From Dictyostelium discoideum (lineage: Eukaryota): a DNA stretch of 64,000 nucleotides. Made by a program: the position numbers and the translations under genes. The stretch is taken from NCBI GenBank assembly GCA_000004695.1, contig CM000152.2, positions 1,216,001 through 1,280,000 on the forward strand, given 5' to 3'. Below the pieces are notes generated by a model that was given only the letters and a program-made list of their open reading frames with translations, had not been told where the DNA came from and did not search any database. Below are positions 58,786 to 64,000 of this stretch, one piece after another (positions within the stretch are counted from its first letter, which is position 1; every line of letters begins with the position of its first letter).

Positions 58786-59953
58786 ATGTCACGTAGTGGA
58801 ACAGCAGGTTATGATATGAGTATTATTTTCTCACCACAAGGAAAATTATACCAAATTGAATATGCATTCAAAGCAATTAAAACTGGTGGTTTAACATCAG
58901 TTGGAATTCGTGGTAAAGATTGCGTTGTTGTAGCAACTCAAAAGAAAATCCCAGACAAGTTAATTGACCCAAAATCTGTCACATCACTCTATAAATTAAC
59001 AGATTATATTGGTTGTGTTCAAACTGGTATTGTTCGTAAGTATTTATAAATAAAAATATTCATTATTATTATTATTATTATTAATTACTAACATTATAAT
59101 AATAATAATAACAATAATATAACAATGATAATGATAATAATGATAATGATAATAATGATAATAATGATAATAATGATAATAATGATAATAATAATAATAA
59201 TAATATTAATGATAATGATGATAATGATGATAATATTAATAAATGATGATAAAATTCAATAGCGGATTCAAAATCACAAGCAAGTAGAGCAATTCAAGAA
59301 TGTGCAACATTCCATCATAAATTTGGTTACCAAATTCCACCAAACGTTTTAGCAAAGAGAATGGCTGATATTGCTCAACTTTCAACACAACACGCTTCAG
59401 CACGTCCATTAGGTGTTGGTATGTGTTTCATTACTACTACTACTACTACTATATAGGTGTGTAAATTAATTATAAATTAAAATTAACATTTCTTTTTTTT
59501 TTTTTTATTTTTTTTTTTTTTTTTAAAAAAATCAATAGCTATGATTCTTATTGGTATTGATGATGAATTAGGTCCACAACTTTTCAAAGTAGATCCAGCT
59601 GGTGTTTTTACAGGTTATAAAGCAACTGCTGCTGGTGAAAAAGAACAAGAATCAACAAATTTCCTCGAGAAAAAGTTTAAATCTAATCCACAATTATCAA
59701 AAGATGAAACCATTCAAGTAAGTTTAATAGTAGTAATAATAATAATAATAATTAAAATTGAAAGGAATTTACTAATACTTTTAAATTATTTTTTTAAAAG
59801 ATGGCAATTTCAACATTACAAAGTGTACTTGGAGCAGATCTTAAATCATCAGATTTAGAGATTGGTATTTGTACAATGGATAATAGAAAGTTTGTTATTA
59901 TGACTGATGAAGATATTGATAGTCAATTAACTAAATTAGCTGAAAGAGATTAA
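58786..59953 (+). CDS. psmA6: proteasome subunit alpha type-6 (PSMA6, alpha-1/iota), 4 exons: 58786..59035, 59263..59418, 59539..59717, 59801..59953
   Basis: [31 protein letters not shown]...[15 protein letters not shown] is collinear with human PSMA6. Donors GTAAGT 59036, GTATGT 59419, GTAAGT 59718. Acceptors AATAG 59262, AATAG 59538, AAAAG 59800. The C-terminal exon ...[21 protein letters not shown] matches PSMA6 ...[21 protein letters not shown]. Confidence 0.85.
59095..59245 (+). repeat. intronic minisatellite (GATAATGATAATAAT)n with AAT/ATT runs inside psmA6 intron 1
   Basis: Direct reading of 59095-59245. Lies between the GTAAGT donor at 59036 and the acceptor at 59262. Confidence 0.8.
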
Positions 59954-60261
59954 AGAAGAATAAATTAAATTAATGAAATAACATAAATTAATTGTGATAG
60001 TATATAATATATTAATAAAAAAAAAAAAATAAAAATAAAAAAAAAAAATAGAAAATAAAAAATAAAAAAATAAAAAACAACAATAATAATAAATCAGTTT
60101 ACTGTAAATAGATTATAAATTTTATACTTTCAATGATTAAAAAAAAAAAAAAACCTATATTTTTTATTTAAATGTTTATTTATTTATTTATTTGTTTATT
60201 TGATACTATATGTTATTATTGTTTTTTTTTATTTTTATTTTTTTTTATTTTTTTTATTTAT

Positions 60262-62082
60262 TTACATAGCACCATATTTTGGACCACCACCACCTTCTGG
60301 TACAGTGAAATCTATATTTTGAGTTGGATCTTTAATATCACAAGTTTTACAATGTAAACAGAATACACTATTTCTAACTAATTCTTTTTCACCTTTTTCA
60401 CCTTCAACCCATTCATAGACACCAGCGGGACAGAATCTACCTTCTGGACCATCGTAAATATCACGATTTACTTTTTTAGCTACTTCCATATCTCTAACCT
60501 TTAAGTGAATTGGTTGATTTTCTTCATGATTTGTACCAGATCTCATGACGGAGGTCATAAGATCAAAAGTGATTTGGCCATCTGGTTTCTTGTATTCAAT
60601 CTTTTTACATTCGGCAGCAGGTTTTAAACGTTCATTATCAGGTTTACCATTACTAAGAGTCCATGGAGTATGACCACGGAAAATATACATTTCCAAAGCA
60701 CCATAAATTAATCCTGGTATAGTACCCCAATGAAGACTTGGACGATAGTTTCTAACTTCTCTTAATTCTTTCCAAACCCAAGATTTCTTTAATTCTTCAG
60801 GATATTCATTAATTAATAATGGTTCAACTGATGGTTTATCTTGCTCTTGTTCTTGTTCTTTTTCTTGTTGAGAAATTAATTGTGGAAAAGCAGCTTCAGC
60901 AGCCAAGATACCAGTTTTCATTGCATAATGTGAACCTTTAACTTTTGGTACATGAACGAAACCTGCAGTACAACCAACTAAAGCACCACCTGGGAAAACA
61001 AGTTTTGGAATTGATTGGAAACCACCTTCATTGATGGTTCTAGCACCATATTGAATACATGTACCACCCTCTAACATATCCTTTACCATTGGATGTAATT
61101 TAAGTTTTTGAAATTCTTGATATGGATTTAAGTATGGATTTGAATAATCTAAACCAACGACTAAACCTAAATTAACAGTATTATTCTCTGCATGATAAAT
61201 AAAACTACCACCTAATAACTCATCACTCAATGGATAGCCCAATGTATGAATTACCAAACCTTGTTGATGTTTCTCTGGTTTAATTTCCCATGTTTCTTTA
61301 ATACCCAAACCAAAGGTTTGTGGTTCACATTCATCACGTAAATTGAATTTTTCAAATAAACCTTTAGTTAAACTACCTCTACACCCCTCGGCGAATATTG
61401 TTAATCTTGCATTCAACTCCATACCTCTAGTGAAATTGGAGGTCAATGAACCATCTTTAGCAATACCCATATCGTTGGTTGCAATGCCTCTGACAGCACC
61501 ATTATCGTGGTATAACACCTCTGATGCTGCAAAACTTGGATAAACCTCAACACCCATTGACTCTGCTTGTTCACCTAACCATCTGACAACATTACCTAAA
61601 CTAATGATATAGTTACCCTCGTTATGCATTAATCTTGGTGTTGGTAATCTTAATGATCTATTCTCTGTTAGAAAGTAGAATTTATCTTGTTTCACTTCGG
61701 TTATCAATGGTGCACCTTTCTCTTTCCAATCTGGTATTAATTCATTCAATGCTTTTGGATCCATTACTGCACCTGATAATATATGTGAACCAACTTCTGA
61801 ACCTTTCTCAACAACACATACTCTTAAATCTTTACCTGCTTTCTCTGATAATTGTTTTAATCTAATTGCTGTTGATAAACCTGATGGTCCTGCACCAACA
61901 ATAACAACATCAAATTGATCTGAATCTCTTGGTGGTAATTCTTGTTCACTTGAAAAAAATCTAATTGATGAATAAATTGATTTCATATTTTGATGATTTT
62001 TTCCAAATAAAAATTTATTTGATGATGATAATGAAACATTTTTGGTAATATTTTTACCAATTAATGAAAATGATTTTAACAT
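60262..62082 (-). CDS. etfdh: electron transfer flavoprotein-ubiquinone oxidoreductase (ETF-QO), mitochondrial, single exon, 606 aa
   Basis: ATG 62082-62080 verified. Presequence-like N-terminus. FAD motif VVIVGAGPSGLS. C-terminal 4Fe-4S ferredoxin-type CLHCKTCDIK...GGGGPKYGAM* typical of ETF-QO. Confidence 0.9.
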   Translation of the reverse strand: MLKSFSLIGKNITKNVSLSSSNKFLFGKNHQNMKSIYSSIRFFSSEQELPPRDSDQFDVVIVGAGPSGLSTAIRLKQLSEKAGKDLRVCVVEKGSEVGSHILSGAVMDPKALNELIPDWKEKGAPLITEVKQDKFYFLTENRSLRLPTPRLMHNEGNYIISLGNVVRWLGEQAESMGVEVYPSFAASEVLYHDNGAVRGIATNDMGIAKDGSLTSNFTRGMELNARLTIFAEGCRGSLTKGLFEKFNLRDECEPQTFGLGIKETWEIKPEKHQQGLVIHTLGYPLSDELLGGSFIYHAENNTVNLGLVVGLDYSNPYLNPYQEFQKLKLHPMVKDMLEGGTCIQYGARTINEGGFQSIPKLVFPGGALVGCTAGFVHVPKVKGSHYAMKTGILAAEAAFPQLISQQEKEQEQEQDKPSVEPLLINEYPEELKKSWVWKELREVRNYRPSLHWGTIPGLIYGALEMYIFRGHTPWTLSNGKPDNERLKPAAECKKIEYKKPDGQITFDLMTSVMRSGTNHEENQPIHLKVRDMEVAKKVNRDIYDGPEGRFCPAGVYEWVEGEKGEKELVRNSVFCLHCKTCDIKDPTQNIDFTVPEGGGGPKYGAM

Positions 62083-62473
62083 TATTTAATTATTTTATAT
62101 TATATAATATGTTAACCCAAACACACTAAATAAAAATAAATAAAATAAAAAATAAATAAATAAAAAATTAAAAAATTAAAAAATTAAAAAAAAAAAAAAA
62201 ATAAAAAAAAAAAAAAAAAAAATGAAAATTGAAAAAAATAAAAAAATAAAAAAAAAAAAATAAAAATTAATTTATCCGAAAATGAACTCATTCTAAATAT
62301 TTCAAGCTGGAAATTTCCGGAAAAATAAAAAAAAAAAAAAAAAAGTTATTTATATAATCAATTATTATTATTTGAAAAGAAAAAAAAAAAAAAAATCATT
62401 TTAATTTTTTTTTTTTTTATTTGGTTAGTTTTTTTATTTATTTGTTTTTTTTTCTTATTTTTTTATTTATTTT

Positions 62474-64000
62474 TTAATACGTAAATAAACTAATATAACC
62501 ATCATCACCACCACTAACTACCATATCAGAACTTGAAGAAATATCAAAGAAATTAATTGGAGTACCTGGAAAAGGTTTATGTTCTAAAGTTTTAATTAAT
62601 GGTTGTGATGAACTGATATCCCAAAGTCTAACACAACCATCATCAGCAGAGGTTGCAAAGAAATCACCATTTTTTGACCATTGAGCATGAGTTACAATCT
62701 TTGAGGCTGGATTATAGTTTGAATCATAAATTTTATGTCTTAATTCGTGAAGTGGTTTCTTACTATTTCTAGCATCAAATACGAATGAACAATTTACCGT
62801 ACCAGATAAAGAGATATAATTTGCACAAGGACTATAACAACAAATGTTTACATCCAATTGACCGGTTTTAATAGTGACTGCACGTACAGTGGTTCTAATA
62901 TCATAGACGCAAATTGATTGATTGATATCATTTGAAGCTGAGGCCACGACATCATGATTCCTAGGATTCCAAGCCACCGATGAAACATCTTTCTCTTGAA
63001 CGAATAGATTTAAATAACGATCGGGTTTATTGATATCAATGATTGTTACGAAACCTTTAACTGGTTCATCAGTGATCGAACCGATACCACCTGCAATCTT
63101 ATCGCAATTCTTACCATAACCAAAGGACAAATCAGTGACAGCACATGGCCAAGACGCCATATCTTGACTATTATTGACATTGATATAATCTTGACTTGTG
63201 TAATTGTATAGGTAGATTGACTTATCTTGAAAGCCGCCAACCGCCAAATCCAAATAACGATGCAACGATAACCTCAAGCAAGGACTATGATTCTCGTGTT
63301 CAAAATAGCCCAACACCTCACCCCCGTCAACTGACCACACTGTAATAGTGCCGTCCTTACTGGCAGTGATAACTCTATAGCCATCCAATGAAAAATGACC
63401 CTCGTTACATTGCTTTGATTGGAATTTCAAATGTTGAATCGACTGATTGCCGTAATCGTAGAGGAAGGCATTACTTGAGCCCTTTGAAAGTGCCAGAATC
63501 TTTTTAGATTTATTAGTTGGGTCGAATTTAACATCCAATATATTCTCACCACCAGATCCAAACATATCAATCTTATTCATTCTGTTCGCAATTGTCTTTA
63601 TGATTCTACTCTGATTATATTTAATTCCATTGACACAAGCATTTGCCTTTCTCCCCAACTCATCACCGATCATTATCTGCTCAAATTGTTTTTGATTTAT
63701 ATCTCGTTGTTGAATCTGTCTCAATTTCTCTTGATTCAAGTCATAGTTAATATCAAGTCGTTTATTATTATTTACATCCCTTTCGAATGGATTCATTGAT
63801 TCACCATCGATACCAATCGATGCATCAACTCTACCACTCAATCTCTTATTTCTATTAACTAATCTTGAATCTTTTTTCATCTCTTTTAAATCTGTAAAAT
63901 ATCGAATTATATCAATCGGTGCTCTACCTGGTAACTGTTTACAAAGTCTATTCAATAATCCTAATCTATACCTTAACCCAATTGCACTATTTGTAATTAT
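62474..64000 (-). CDS. WD40-repeat protein, 5'-partial: ORF is open to the window edge; family not recognised
   Basis: The ORF-track start at 63955 is TTG, not ATG. The in-frame sense codons continue to nt 64000, so the true start lies outside the window. Several WD repeats (...TASKDGTITVWSV, ...SASNDINQSICVYDI, ...SADDGCVRLWDI). TAA at 62474. Confidence 0.7.
   Translation of the reverse strand: MITNSAIGLRYRLGLLNRLCKQLPGRAPIDIIRYFTDLKEMKKDSRLVNRNKRLSGRVDASIGIDGESMNPFERDVNNNKRLDINYDLNQEKLRQIQQRDINQKQFEQIMIGDELGRKANACVNGIKYNQSRIIKTIANRMNKIDMFGSGGENILDVKFDPTNKSKKILALSKGSSNAFLYDYGNQSIQHLKFQSKQCNEGHFSLDGYRVITASKDGTITVWSVDGGEVLGYFEHENHSPCLRLSLHRYLDLAVGGFQDKSIYLYNYTSQDYINVNNSQDMASWPCAVTDLSFGYGKNCDKIAGGIGSITDEPVKGFVTIIDINKPDRYLNLFVQEKDVSSVAWNPRNHDVVASASNDINQSICVYDIRTTVRAVTIKTGQLDVNICCYSPCANYISLSGTVNCSFVFDARNSKKPLHELRHKIYDSNYNPASKIVTHAQWSKNGDFFATSADDGCVRLWDISSSQPLIKTLEHKPFPGTPINFFDISSSSDMVVSGGDDGYISLFTY

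Overview
The window is AT-rich (about 75-80% A+T) eukaryotic nuclear DNA. It has long (AAT)n and (CAA)n coding microsatellites encoding poly-Asn/Gln/Thr, short AT-rich GT...AG introns of about 60-400 bp with mostly GTAAGT/GTATGT donors, and homopolymer-rich intergenic spacers. This is the signature of Dictyostelium discoideum or a close dictyostelid. It is gene-dense, with about 27 protein-coding genes on both strands. I found no rRNA, tRNA, transposon, CRISPR or other prokaryote-type system. Many gene models required splicing together ORF-track fragments. Where I recognised the products they are: a SUV3 helicase (5' partial), the RGS-domain kinase rckA, eIF5B, a GT2 glycosyltransferase, a crooked-neck splicing factor, the tRNA deaminases ADAT1 and ADAT3, Sm-F, two tandem farnesyl-diphosphate synthase paralogs, WDR82, a DDX60-like giant DExH helicase, a SMYD-type SET/MYND protein, TAF11, an NDR/LATS-family kinase, proteasome alpha-6, ETF-ubiquinone oxidoreductase and a 5'-partial WD40 protein. 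There are also several low-complexity hypothetical proteins. The most unusual region is an otherwise gene-less 2.6-kb stretch (45.8-48.35 kb). It carries three tandem, diverged small minus-strand ORFs (Pro/Ala/Gly/Asn-rich peptides), each about 140-165 bp downstream of a conserved AGATATTTTNAGATTTTT(T)n element. One of these overlaps a conspicuously GC-rich, stem-forming island. Other points of interest: the tandem FPPS duplication, where only one copy carries a 5' mini-exon; an intronic decoy duplication of the snrpF exon-2 acceptor; a triplicated CCACACATGGTTT element in a promoter region; and two abutting out-of-frame ORFs (6621-8697) that look like one gene with a frameshift. All calls rest on reading the sequence and on remembered family motifs. 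No database searches were run.
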